From positions 24,490-88,489 of the forward strand of contig CAVZWL010000023.1 of NCBI GenBank assembly GCA_963778945.1: DNA of 64,000 nt, written 5' to 3'. Origin of the DNA: Ignavibacteriota bacterium (GTDB lineage Bacteria > Bacteroidota > Ignavibacteria > UBA10030). The notes beneath the pieces are model-generated. The model was not told the origin of the DNA. It saw nothing but the letters and a program-made list of their open reading frames with translations, and ran no database searches. Numbering within the stretch: the first letter of the stretch is position 1; every line of letters begins with the position of its first letter. The position numbers and the translations under genes were made by a program. Below, in pieces: positions 28,685-39,382 of this stretch.

Positions 28685-29242
28685 TTATCGAGCCTGAAGA
28701 GCATCAAGCCTTTTTCTTAAAATTTTCAGTGCGTAGGATATTTGATGCTCAATTGTCCTCACGCTCACCCGGAAGATTTCGGCAATTTCCCTATTCGTCT
28801 TCCCTTCAAGCCTGCTGAGAAGAAATACTTCCCTACATCTCTGAGGAAGAGCCGTTTTAATAATCGCATCGATTTTCTCTTCCAGTATCCTCAGATGCAG
28901 GGCTTCTTCCGGATCGTCTCCTTCCGATAAAGACGGATTAGGAAGAGCATCAACCAGTCTTTCCCGTACCTTCAGATGCTTCACATAGTCGCGGAGAAGA
29001 TTTCCGCTGATGCGCAGAACATATGCGAGGAAACTCAAATGCGGCTTCAGCGAACTGCGGTGATTCCACACATTGATGAATGTCTCTTGAACAATATCGT
29101 GTGCAATATCCGCCTTTCGTGTATAGAATACTACGTACCTGAAAACGACCGGCTGATACTTTTCGAACAGAACCCGAAACGCTTCCATTTCGGAATCCCT
29201 TGCTTTTTCCAGAAGCTGCGATTCTGTAATCTTATGCTCCAT
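28685..29242 (-). CDS. ECF-type RNA polymerase sigma-70 factor
   Basis: Region 2 is DIAHDIVQETFINVW. Region 4 HTH is CREVFLLSRLEGKTNREIAEIFRVSVRTIEHQISYALKILR. Confidence 0.9.
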   Translation of the reverse strand: MEHKITESQLLEKARDSEMEAFRVLFEKYQPVVFRYVVFYTRKADIAHDIVQETFINVWNHRSSLKPHLSFLAYVLRISGNLLRDYVKHLKVRERLVDALPNPSLSEGDDPEEALHLRILEEKIDAIIKTALPQRCREVFLLSRLEGKTNREIAEIFRVSVRTIEHQISYALKILRKRLDALQAR

Positions 29243-29430
29243 GATCCCGGGATCCGTTCAAGTATTGGAATGATTGCAATCAAGATAAGCTGGACATACT
29301 AAAGTTGCAATAAACCAGGCATTTTTTTATGAATCCTTCTAAAAAAAACTCACAAAGCTATAGGTAGTAGGGACAGCTTAATCGTTATAAGAAGAAGGAA
29401 TGATATATCACATGCACGAGAGGATATACT

Positions 29431-30666
29431 ATGAAACGTTATGGAATGATATTTCTGCTGCTGGCTGCTTTTGCAGCATGCCGCCAAAATCCGATTACTC
29501 CCAATCCGGGAAACCCAGTAAGCCCCATTAATACCCCCGCACAATCGGTTATCAACGCCGGTAACAGCTTTGGTTTTAGGCTGTTTAGCTGCATTAATAA
29601 TACAGAAACGGGTAAAAATGTTTTTATCTCCCCGTTCAGTGTTTCTATGGCATTCGGCATGTTGCTCAACGGCGCCAACGGTTCTACGCTCGATTCATTA
29701 GAACAGGCGCTTGGCGATGCCGGGATGTCGCTGAATGATATAAACAATGCATATGAAAGCAGTTCCGCCTACCTGACGACTCTCGACGCTCATGTCACAT
29801 TCCAAAATGCCAATTCTATCTGGTACAGGAACGGATTTCAGGTGCTGCCGGATTTTCTCAATGTCAATAGAACCTATTTCGATGCAGAAGTAGATTCTCT
29901 GGATTTTACACTTCCCGGCGCAGTCCAGACTATCAATAATTGGGTCAATACGAAGACAAACGGCAAGATCCCGACAATCATTGACGGTACGATCCCTCCC
30001 GATGTCGTCATGTATCTTATCAATGCCATTTATTTCAAAGCCGCATGGACGTACACATACGATTCGTCATATACCAAAGATGCTCCTTTCATATGTGCAG
30101 ACGGAAGCATTGCCACATGCAGGCTCATGAGTCAGGAAGACACCTTTGCATATTATTCAGATAATTCCGTGCAAGCAATAGATATACCGTACGGTGACCG
30201 ATCGTTCAGCATGACGGTCATTATGCCTGCCGCTGGAACATCCATCGACCAATTTGCATCGACACTTACACAAGAACAGTGGAATACAATTATAAATAAA
30301 TTGGATTCGGCGAAGGTTGATTTATATATGCCTAAATTCGAACTCAAATATTCCAAATCGTTGATTGATGAATTGAAGGCGCTCGGGATGGGAATAGTGT
30401 TTGACCCTTTGAGAGCGGACCTGACTCATATAAGCCCCGCCGGATTATCTGTTTCCGAAGTATTGCACAAAACATATGTAAATATCAACGAAGAAGGAAC
30501 TGAAGCGGCAGCAGTGACATTGATAGGGTTTATTACAGCGGTTCAGAATCCGAATGAACCTGTCGTCAAGGTTATGAGGATCGATCATCCCTTTATTTTT
30601 GCGATACGGGAGCATCAAACGGGAACGATTCTTTTCATCGGGAAAATCATCAATCCCAATCTATAG
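29431..30666 (+). CDS. Serpin-family serine protease inhibitor, lipoprotein-type signal
   Basis: SPFSVSMAFGMLLNGANGST is present. The hinge/reactive-centre-loop region is NEEGTEAAAVT and the C-terminal serpin signature is DHPFIFAIRE. The N-terminal signal is MKRYGMIFLLLAAFAAC. Confidence 0.9.
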   Translation: MKRYGMIFLLLAAFAACRQNPITPNPGNPVSPINTPAQSVINAGNSFGFRLFSCINNTETGKNVFISPFSVSMAFGMLLNGANGSTLDSLEQALGDAGMSLNDINNAYESSSAYLTTLDAHVTFQNANSIWYRNGFQVLPDFLNVNRTYFDAEVDSLDFTLPGAVQTINNWVNTKTNGKIPTIIDGTIPPDVVMYLINAIYFKAAWTYTYDSSYTKDAPFICADGSIATCRLMSQEDTFAYYSDNSVQAIDIPYGDRSFSMTVIMPAAGTSIDQFASTLTQEQWNTIINKLDSAKVDLYMPKFELKYSKSLIDELKALGMGIVFDPLRADLTHISPAGLSVSEVLHKTYVNINEEGTEAAAVTLIGFITAVQNPNEPVVKVMRIDHPFIFAIREHQTGTILFIGKIINPNL

Positions 30667-30725
30667 AGCCGTTAATTATTTTTTGAACGATCATGGGTAT
30701 GTATAATTCCATTGGGACTTTTTAA

Positions 30726-31118
30726 ATGAAACGAGTCATTGCAGCTATATTGCTTCTCTCCATATCCGGATGTCAAAAGGAATCGACAACACAAGTCGAA
30801 ATGAAAACGGCAAATCTTGATGAACCGTTCGGTTTAAACGCAGGCGAAACTGTTTCCATCATCGGCGAATCAATGACGTTCCGGTTCGATTCCGTGCTTT
30901 ATGATTCCAGATGTCCTGAAGGATCGGAATGTCTTTGGGCCGGAAATGCCGCCGTTGTCATCTCGCTCCCGGCGGCAGCAGACACCGTTTATCTTAATGC
31001 GAAACATACGAAAGGTATTTATTCGATTACATTGCTGGGATTAACTCCTTATCCGAAAATAAATGTGCCGATTTCAAAAGATTTGGATACTGCGAAATTT
31101 ATTGTAAGTAAAAATTAA
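30726..31118 (+). CDS. Small hypothetical lipoprotein
   Basis: The lipobox is LLLSISGC. A conserved-looking Cys pair lies in YDSRCPEGSECLWAGNAAV. I recognise no family. Confidence 0.55.
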   Translation: MKRVIAAILLLSISGCQKESTTQVEMKTANLDEPFGLNAGETVSIIGESMTFRFDSVLYDSRCPEGSECLWAGNAAVVISLPAAADTVYLNAKHTKGIYSITLLGLTPYPKINVPISKDLDTAKFIVSKN

Positions 31119-31313
31119 TAGAAACAGTAGGCAGACCATAAAAAACTCAATTATTTGAAATCAATAGTGAACTCCGGGACACAGCATACATTTATTATTA
31201 TCCCGTTGAGAATGGTTATGAACCTTCTTAACAATATTTATCCCGTATATCTCTTGAATTGTAACAGATTATTTTTCATGATAGAGGACACGGCATCTCC
31301 GGAGGAATGAACG

Positions 31314-32243
31314 ATGTTTAAAATACGATTTATCGCTTGGCTTAAGTCTTTTTGGCACCCGCAACATACAAAGAACATATCCACTATAATCGAAAAATCT
31401 CTGAGGACAAGCTCACACCGGATTCAGACGATTAATCCGGAGACGGAAAAACAATGGCAGAGAATGCAAATCGGGCTGGCAAAAGAGCAAAAATATTCCG
31501 GCGTCCGGCGCATAACCGTCCCGATTGATATTTGGAAGCCAGGACTAGCTTTTGCTCTTGCGGCTTTCATTCTCATCGCAGCCGGGATATTCTTGTTTCG
31601 TTCCGGCGCTGCGAGAACATATAAAACGACGAACGGCCAGCAATCCGCAATGACTCTTCCGGACGGCAGCGAAGTAACGCTGAACCACACTTCGGAATTA
31701 ACGGCCTATCATTCTCCTTTCGAACGCATTCGCCGGGTTTCATTAAAAGGAGAGGCCTTCTTTCATGTACAGAAAAATGAAAATCCTTTTATCATAAACA
31801 CCGATGCCGGCACAGTTCAAGTGCTGGGTACACAGTTCAATGTCCGTGTGCGCGACGGGCGCATGGAAGTAGCAGTCGTCAGCGGCAATGTAAAAGTTAG
31901 CGGCGCCCGGGGCAGCATCGACAGCAGCATCATTCTCTCGCAGGGACAATTTTCCATCTGTGTAAAAAACGGTTTCCCGGAACTCCCGGAACAAGTTCCT
32001 TTTGCCGAATATCCCGGGTGGCTCCATGGAAAACTTATGTTCTACCGGACAAATTTTTTATCAGCATATAAAGAAATCGAGTCCCAATTCGATATCAAGA
32101 TAATCGTGAATGGACGCCAATCGCCCGATGAAACAATTACAGGCACAATCGACAGCCGCAGCGTCGAGTCCGCACTCAACGCACTGGTTCACCTGACAGG
32201 AAAACACTTTCGTCATGAAGGCAATAGCTACATTCTTTATTAG
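31314..32243 (+). CDS. FecR-family anti-sigma / transmembrane sensor
   Basis: A central TM helix is present. The FecR domain is TLPDGSEVTLNHTSEL...LKGEAFFHVQKNENPFIINTDAGTVQVLGTQFNV. The C-terminal domain follows. Confidence 0.88.
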   Translation: MFKIRFIAWLKSFWHPQHTKNISTIIEKSLRTSSHRIQTINPETEKQWQRMQIGLAKEQKYSGVRRITVPIDIWKPGLAFALAAFILIAAGIFLFRSGAARTYKTTNGQQSAMTLPDGSEVTLNHTSELTAYHSPFERIRRVSLKGEAFFHVQKNENPFIINTDAGTVQVLGTQFNVRVRDGRMEVAVVSGNVKVSGARGSIDSSIILSQGQFSICVKNGFPELPEQVPFAEYPGWLHGKLMFYRTNFLSAYKEIESQFDIKIIVNGRQSPDETITGTIDSRSVESALNALVHLTGKHFRHEGNSYILY

Positions 32244-34721
32244 CTTCATTTTCATCGGAACTCAGGGAATAAGTACGGCCCAGGAATCCGGCCGCCCTTA
32301 TTCATTCCAATTCGATCATTTGCCGCTTCGGTTCGCCGTCGATTCACTCATGCGGCACTATCCCGAATCCATAGTGTACTTTGATAAAGACGTCGAAAAT
32401 AAGTTCATCACGGCAGATTGCGTCAATTGCGGTTTTGAACAAGCGCTGGATAATGTTTTATTCGGTACGGACCTGATCTGGATGCGAATAGGGAATCAAG
32501 TAGTTCTTAAAGAACAAGAACTGCCGGACAACCGAAAGGAAGGGACGATATCGGGTACGGCAACGGATTCGCTTACGTGAGAACGTATTGTCGGAGCAAG
32601 TATAGTGCTTCAGGACGTTTCCGGCAATGAGAACAAATCAGTCCGTTCCTGGTGTTCCACAAATACATTTGGTTTTTTTTCGCTCCCACATATAAAATCG
32701 GGATCGTATGTACTGGCAGTTCGCGCTCTCGGATATATGCCTGCAGAACGCACTATCGAAGTCAAAGACAGCGCCTCTATTCAGCGCGATATCGATATGA
32801 CACAAAAGGACATTATACTCAATGGGATTACTATCGAAGGCCGCCGCATTGCAATGACATCGACGGAAGGTGTTTCCCACGGTGTTTATCTGCCTTCTCT
32901 GCCGACAGATCCGAATCAATATTCGATTGATGGAGGCAGGATTTACAATCCATCTCATTTTGGAGGGGTGCAGAGCACATTCAATTCCGAAGCATTAAAC
33001 GATATTCAAGTTATTCAGGGCGGACTTCCGCCGGACTACGGAGGCCGGATCGGAGGTATTGTCGATTACTCTCTGCGTGACGGAAACCGGGAGCAGCTCT
33101 CCGGATCGATGAGTGCTGGAACTTTGGGCTCAAGTCTATCCCTGGAAGGGCCGCTCGATGAAACTACAACATTTCTCATGTCAGGCCGGATCGGATATAT
33201 CAATCCGTCGATGCAATTCTTCCATCCGGCAGATTCTCTCTCCCGGATGGGTTCTTCTGAATACGTTGCAAAACTGGCACATCGATTGTCCAGTAGTCAG
33301 CAGTTATCGCTGAGCGGATATTGGGGAGCAAATTCATACGCCGGCGAAGCCGCCGGAGCAGGCGAACGAATCGACAATAACTTTTCCTGGGGCAACGGGA
33401 TGCTGGATCTTCGATGGATCGGAATCATCTCGCCGTCGTTATTTCTTTATTCGTCTCTCGTATTCACCCGTTACAGCTTTAACCTCGGACATAATCTCGT
33501 CCAAAATTCAATCCCGTATTCCGGCGCGCCACTTTCTTCGGATTATTCGATCCAGGATGTATGCTATCGCGCACATGGAGAGGACTTTTACGACAGGGAT
33601 CATACAGTACGCGCAGGGATCGAACTTATTCTCCACACCATGAATGCATCGATAAGCCAGTTTTCCAGCCAGATCGGTTCTTATACGCTCCAAAATTATT
33701 CTACATGGGAAACATCGGTCTATCTTCAAGACCAATGGAAATTTTTTCCGCAGGTGACCGCAGAAATCGGCGCGCGAGCTACGGACTTTTCGGGCAGCCA
33801 GGGATCATTTTCTTCCATCGATCCCAGATTTTCCATACGCGCCGATCTCAATGATCGGACACTCCTGTATGGTTCTCTTTCGAGCATAACGCAATTCATT
33901 CATCCCTACAACAACAGCGGCGTGTTCCTTCTCTATCCGACTCTTTTCTGGTACCCTCTACCGAAAAGATACGGCCGACAATGTCGTCCCAGGGCACATT
34001 AGGAATCGATCAGGATATTCTTGACGATTCATACGATGTATCCGCTGAAACTTATTACAGAGTCATCAACAACTTTCATGAATTCGCGCTCGATACGGCG
34101 GCAAGGGCGTCGAGACAACTCGACGACGAAATTATTTTCGGATCAGCCAAGACGTACGGAATCACATGCATTCTTCATAAGCGAACCGGAAATTTGACAG
34201 GTTCGATCAGTTATAATCTTTCATGGTCATTCGAGTCATTTGCACAAATCAATTCAGGAACGGAATTTCTTCCCCCCTTTGACCGGAGACATGAGATTCA
34301 GATGGCCGGCGAATACAGGCCTGATCAAAATTGGTCGTTTGGGGCGCTCTGCATTTTTGCATTGGGACAGTCTTCTTCAATAACCCCGTTGATTATCCAA
34401 TCGAGAGCACAGATTGGATCACAAAACACAACTCCCGAAATAGTTAGAGTCGCCATGAGCGAAAATAATGAACTTATCGATGTCAATGGCAGCCGCCTGC
34501 CTGGATTCCAGAGACTTGAGCTCAGTATTGTTCGTCATTTTTTATTCGGCCGTTTGCCATGTCATCTGTCTTTCCATTTCATGAACAGCTATGGACTTCA
34601 GGATCCTTTTATCTGGAATTTGCAGAAAAGCAATGCTGCGGCTTTGACTTGGAATGCAACACTCCGGAATGCCGGCCTGTTTCCCCTCTATCCTTCTCTT
34701 GAGCTTGCCATTCGATTCTAA
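32215..34721 (+). pseudogene. TonB-dependent receptor with STN signalling domain and CarboxypepD_reg domain, one in-frame TGA and one frameshift
   Basis: The STN-like N-terminus is FQFDHLPLRFAVDSLMRHY. The sequence then reads GTISGTATDSLT*ERIVGASIVLQD, with the TGA at 32578..32580 where the family has the Gly of the T-G-E motif. A plug and barrel follow. A frame switch at about 33950..33965 gives LFWYP / STEKIRPTMSSQGTLGID. The protein ends LELAIRF. Confidence 0.8.
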
Positions 34722-34903
34722 GGAGACGGAGACGCGGCGCGATGCTGCAAAGATACGGCATGCCTTTTAATGGACAAGAAATCATCGAAGAGAAGAGGCC
34801 GGAACTTTTCAGACTCGCCTTTCGCGCGATGGAAAGATGGACAACGGTTAAGATTTGAATCTCAAAGCAATGACCGGACAAAAATCAGCGACAGCATCTT
34901 CAC

Positions 34904-36115
34904 TCATTTATTTTTTTCCAATCTGAGCAAAAGCACCTCGTGTGAAGGAATTTTTGAAATAAACGGGCTCCCGGTCGTTCCAATATTCTTGTGAACCCAG
35001 CAATCGCGCAGGATATAAGTGTGTTGGTCGAACGGCAATTCCAGCTTCGCAGCATCATCGTGGATCACTTGATCCCTCCATACATAATGAATACCGGCGG
35101 GTTTTGATCCGCGATTGAAAAAACAAACAGCCCAATCTCCGTTCTGCAATGGTTTATACCAAACCTCCAGACTATCGATCTTGCTCTGCCTGAAACCCTG
35201 AATCCCCAATGAATCCTGATCGATTGCAATCACCTCCTTATTTGTAAGAATATCCAAAATATCATTCGGCATCTTTCTTAAATCATTCCCTGCAATAAGC
35301 GGAGCCGCCAGCATTGCCCACAATGAAAAATGAGCCCGGCACTCGCCTGCGGTGAGACTTCCGATACCGACTTCGAGCATATCCGGGTCGTTCCAGTGTC
35401 CGGGTCCGGCATATTTTCTAAGACCCTCCTGCATATCAAAAATTTGCATGACTCCGTATGAATTGTATGCACCGCCGTGCGTATCGATGCAGTCCCAGCA
35501 TGCAGTAATATCTCCGGTCGTTCTCCAAAGATGACCGACGGATGCCGCCCATGACCATGGCTTATTATTTCCCCATTCGCATAGGCTGAAAATCATAGGC
35601 CGGCGAGCGGCATACATTGCGTCTCTCATCGTCGTATAGGCGCCTACGGCATTTATTCCTTCTGAGTTGCACCAATCGTATTTCAAGTAGTCACATCCCC
35701 AGCGAGCGAACATAATTGCGTCCTGGAATTCATGGCCGCGGCTTGCAATAAAACCGCCGCATGTTGTATAGCCGGCATCTGAATAGAGACCTAATTTCAA
35801 TCCTTTGGAGTGAATATAATCGGATAATACTTTCAATCCGGATGGAAATCTGCCTTGATCTACCGTAAGAAAGCCGAGACTGTCCCGAGGGCCAGTCCAA
35901 TTATCGTCGATGATGATGTATTGATAACCGGCGTCCTTCATACCGGTGGATACGATGAGATCCGCCATATCGCGGATTATTTTCTCGTTAAATTTTCCTG
36001 CGAATGTGTTGTATGTATTCCATCCCATAGGCGGAGTTAAGGCAAGCCCGTCGAATTTTTGAGCGAAACATTGAAGAGTAAAAAGGATAATAAAAAGAAT
36101 TCCGGCGTATTTCAT
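34904..36115 (-). CDS. Alpha-galactosidase, glycoside hydrolase family 27
   Basis: A signal peptide is present, with PPMGWNTYN, DDNW, GCDYLKYDWC (the catalytic nucleophile region) and a C-terminal beta-sandwich. Confidence 0.88.
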   Translation of the reverse strand: MKYAGILFIILFTLQCFAQKFDGLALTPPMGWNTYNTFAGKFNEKIIRDMADLIVSTGMKDAGYQYIIIDDNWTGPRDSLGFLTVDQGRFPSGLKVLSDYIHSKGLKLGLYSDAGYTTCGGFIASRGHEFQDAIMFARWGCDYLKYDWCNSEGINAVGAYTTMRDAMYAARRPMIFSLCEWGNNKPWSWAASVGHLWRTTGDITACWDCIDTHGGAYNSYGVMQIFDMQEGLRKYAGPGHWNDPDMLEVGIGSLTAGECRAHFSLWAMLAAPLIAGNDLRKMPNDILDILTNKEVIAIDQDSLGIQGFRQSKIDSLEVWYKPLQNGDWAVCFFNRGSKPAGIHYVWRDQVIHDDAAKLELPFDQHTYILRDCWVHKNIGTTGSPFISKIPSHEVLLLRLEKNK

Positions 36116-36306
36116 GGTCTTAGTCCGATGTTTTGGTGAGGAGGATTTAAAAATTGAGATTTATGAGGTTCATGTTCCTTTTCATTCATTTATAATTGCA
36201 AAAGATTCATTTGTGCTGGGTGGTTCAGCATTTTTAAAAACCTATTTTTTCGAATATGTCATCGTTTCCTCTGGAGCCGTAACCGGCTGCAGAGGATCTA
36301 TCGATC

Positions 36307-37398
36307 CTACCGGTCTCTCTCTTCTTGAGGCGGAAAGACAAGAAGTATCTGCATTCCTTCTTCTGAAAAATATACTAATTCCCCGGTTTTATACGGTACA
36401 AAGAATTTATCGCCGGTTTTGAGCTCTATCTTTTGCGATAATGAGTCTAATCGTCCCCTGCCTTTGGTTACAATCCCGGCATAGAACGAATCCGCTTTTT
36501 TATTATAACGCCCATTGATTTCCAGTCTGTTGATTGAAAAACAAGATGTTTTTTTTAAATCAACGACGCTAAACTCTATACTTTTTTCTTGAGTATGAAT
36601 AGCTTCCGGCACACAAAATAGATTATGCCTAATTTCATCCGGAAGGATCGTGTTGAAATTTATCATCTCAAGCGCAAAATCGACATCTCTTCCCATAAAC
36701 CTTGACTGTTCAGGCAGCACATATCCTCCTCGATCAAACTCCAGTCGAACGACAAAATCGGTTGGCTCCATGATTTCGGCCATGAAAATGCCTTCCCCGA
36801 TTGCATGCGGCAATCCTCCGGGAACAACAAATACATCTCCGGGTGCAACCGGAATTTTATCGAAGCAGGATAACATGAGGGACACATTCTGACTTTGAAC
36901 AGCTTCTCTAAAAATCTCTTTGGAGACAGGATGTTGAAAACCTATGCAGATGTACGGTTTTTCGACTTCTTCTCTTATGCTTAATATGACATAGACTTCT
37001 GTTTTTCCAGCGTTACTGTTCAAATATCTTTTGGAAAATGAAACAGTCGGATGCGCTTGAATATGAAGGCGAATCGCGGCATCCAGAAATTTTGCAAGGA
37101 ATTGAGTGTTTGGCCCATACTTGGCGTAATGACTGTCACCCAGGAAATCCCGCGGAAACTGCTGAAATAAATCTTTGAGAAAAAATAATTTTCCTTCAAT
37201 TTCTACTTTTGAATATCCCTCATCCGGAATATCCTCGCGGCCGATGTTTTTTGCTCTTACAGTCGAAGCTATCCAGTCTTCCGGGAAATGACTATCCGCC
37301 GGCACAGATTTACCTTCCAGTATGTCCAAACACCTGCCTCCGGAATATGTTCTCCAGACTCTGTTGGGCTTTAACATTAGTACATCCGGAATAATCAT
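36307..37398 (-). CDS. Class I mannose-6-phosphate isomerase-like cupin
   Basis: KPNRVWRTYSGG, RLHIQAHPT, GKTEVYVIL and VVPGGLPHAIGEG are present. The start is taken at MIIPDV (37398). Confidence 0.7.
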   Translation of the reverse strand: MIIPDVLMLKPNRVWRTYSGGRCLDILEGKSVPADSHFPEDWIASTVRAKNIGREDIPDEGYSKVEIEGKLFFLKDLFQQFPRDFLGDSHYAKYGPNTQFLAKFLDAAIRLHIQAHPTVSFSKRYLNSNAGKTEVYVILSIREEVEKPYICIGFQHPVSKEIFREAVQSQNVSLMLSCFDKIPVAPGDVFVVPGGLPHAIGEGIFMAEIMEPTDFVVRLEFDRGGYVLPEQSRFMGRDVDFALEMINFNTILPDEIRHNLFCVPEAIHTQEKSIEFSVVDLKKTSCFSINRLEINGRYNKKADSFYAGIVTKGRGRLDSLSQKIELKTGDKFFVPYKTGELVYFSEEGMQILLVFPPQEERDR

Positions 37399-37475
37399 CT
37401 TTTTCCAATTCTCCAATTTCCTTTGCTCAACAGCATAACTGAACAACAAAGAACTACGCACCACGAACTAAGACA

Positions 37476-38798
37476 CTATCTTAATTTTCTTTTTATCTCT
37501 ACGTTCTTTATCTCCCCGCCCAAAAGCAATACGGACATTACCCCCAAAGGAACCAGCAAAGCTCCCATTATAAAAACAGGAGTGTAGCTTTTTGCACTGA
37601 GAAGAGGAATAAGCCAGGTGCTGAAAACAAGAACTCCGAGAACTGCGCTCATCCCGCCAAGTCCGGCAAGTGAACCGACGGATCCGCCGGAGAAATAATC
37701 GCTCGGCAGCGTCTGTATATTATTCATTGCTACTTGAAAACCGCCGAGAACTGCAGCCATTAAAACAACGGCAAGAAGGGGCGAATTTGCGAAAGCCGTG
37801 AGAATAAAAGCCGGGATCATAATCGTTCCGCCAAGAACGACGGACCACTTGCGCGCTTTATCGACAGACCATCCTTTATGGATCATATGCCCTGACCACC
37901 ATCCTCCTGCTATGCTTCCGACAGCTCCTCCGAGATACGGAACCCAGGCAAATAAACCTATCTGCTGAATATTGAAGCCAAACCTCTCGACAAGATAAAT
38001 CGGCAGCCAATTGACAAACAGCCACCAGATTGGATCGAGAAAAAATCTTGAAGCAATAACCGACCAGCTTTGTTTGTATGAGAGGAGTTCTCCCCATGAA
38101 GGGGCATCTTGATCGGAAACATGATTCACGTTCCCCTCACACTGGCCGGCGATGATAGACCGGCGTTCGTCTTCGCTTATCCAGGGGTGCGTTGCCGGAC
38201 CGGAACGATAGACAATCCACCAGGGGATAATCCAAAGCATTCCGCAGCAGCCAATAACAATAAAAGCAGCCTTCCACCCTACCAGCATATACAGTGCAGC
38301 TACAAGCGGGGCGGAAATTACTGCTCCAAGAGAGGAGCCGGTATTAAAGATTCCTTGAGCAAGCGCTCGCTCCTTGATTGGGAACCACAGGCCGCTTGCT
38401 TTAGTTCCTCCCGGAAAGTTTCCGGCTTCGCTCAATCCAAGTAAACCGCGAAATCCGGAGAAACTAAAAATACCCCGCGCTGCGCCGTGCAGCATACATG
38501 CAAGGGACCAAACAGAAACGCTCAGCACAAATCCGATGCGGATTCCAATCCGATCGAACATCCTGCCGGTTAATGCCTGACCTATTCCATACGCTGCCAT
38601 AAATGCAGCGACAATGACTGCATATTGATCTTTGTTAAGATTCAAATCTTTAGAAATACTCGGCCACATGATCGCCAGCGAAGAACGATCGATGTAATTA
38701 ATGACGGTTGCAGCTCCAATTAAGCCAATAATCAACCATCGCAGTCCTTTGAAACTTCTCATTCCAAATGTCTCGGAATACATATCGTTTTTTTTCAT
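37476..38798 (-). CDS. MFS transporter, ACS/hexuronate (ExuT-like) type
   Basis: 12 TM segments. The N-terminal LRWLIIGLIGAATVINYIDRSSLAIMWPSISKDL is characteristic of hexuronate/ACS-family MFS carriers. Confidence 0.82.
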   Translation of the reverse strand: MKKNDMYSETFGMRSFKGLRWLIIGLIGAATVINYIDRSSLAIMWPSISKDLNLNKDQYAVIVAAFMAAYGIGQALTGRMFDRIGIRIGFVLSVSVWSLACMLHGAARGIFSFSGFRGLLGLSEAGNFPGGTKASGLWFPIKERALAQGIFNTGSSLGAVISAPLVAALYMLVGWKAAFIVIGCCGMLWIIPWWIVYRSGPATHPWISEDERRSIIAGQCEGNVNHVSDQDAPSWGELLSYKQSWSVIASRFFLDPIWWLFVNWLPIYLVERFGFNIQQIGLFAWVPYLGGAVGSIAGGWWSGHMIHKGWSVDKARKWSVVLGGTIMIPAFILTAFANSPLLAVVLMAAVLGGFQVAMNNIQTLPSDYFSGGSVGSLAGLGGMSAVLGVLVFSTWLIPLLSAKSYTPVFIMGALLVPLGVMSVLLLGGEIKNVEIKRKLR

Positions 38799-39382
38799 TT
38801 CCTCATCGGAGAATAATCCCGCGAGGCGCTGATAACTCTTTCACACCGCCTGGGCGGCGACTCATATGGAGCCAGCCATAAGTTAGCATTATTTTTTAAT
38901 CAATAATATTCTTTTTGCCGGGATTGATGCGGTTCGTATTGGGGAACGGTCGGTTTTAAAGAAAGGCCTGACGTGCTGTATCAGAAATCCGATTCCGTCA
39001 TAGATAACGGTCTTGTGATGCATAGGAAAGAAACACAGAAGCGGCGATTCAGCCGCAATCGCACATATTTCCGTTGGAAGTACCGCCTTCCACAATTTAC
39101 GATTCTGCGGAATTCAAGATTGCCTCTTTTACAGAGAAGGCGGTTTTTAAGAAACCAGAGACCGGCATTATCGAGGATCTGTGTCCTGTTACAGACATCG
39201 GCTCGACAAGTTCGGAAACATATTCAATACAATACAGCGAAATACAATCCGTTTGGAATCGCTCGGTATTTTTCTCCGAATCCTTTTGCAAAACTCGCAA
39301 AGAGCTCCGCCTGGATAACGACTCGTCCATGCGGCACAAATTCCGCGTATCTCCTCCAGCTCAATTATTTTAGAATTCGACG

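Noticed and set aside
29243-29254. The perfect 12-nt palindrome gatcccgggatc (BamHI/SmaI-like, polylinker-looking) abuts the ECF sigma start codon. I considered a cloning-vector scar or an operator.
   Set aside because: It is an isolated 12-mer with native coding sequence on both sides and no other vector-like sequence. As an operator it is unsupported, because no second copy exists in the window.
22593-32580. I considered UGA recoding to explain the two in-frame TGAs at 22593..22595 and 32578..32580. The candidates were genetic code 25 (UGA=Gly, as in Gracilibacteria/SR1) or selenocysteine. One TGA sits exactly at a conserved Gly codon.
   Set aside because: TGA clearly terminates intact genes at canonical C-termini in the same window. 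Examples are the TBDR ending ...YNFRF-TGA at 2253..2255 and the PAP2 gene at 604..606. The SRPBCC site aligns with Ser rather than Gly in my recollection of the family. Neither site corresponds to a Cys or Sec position, and I see no SECIS-like hairpin immediately downstream. A third in-frame stop in the window is TAA. Nonsense mutation or sequencing error is the simpler reading.
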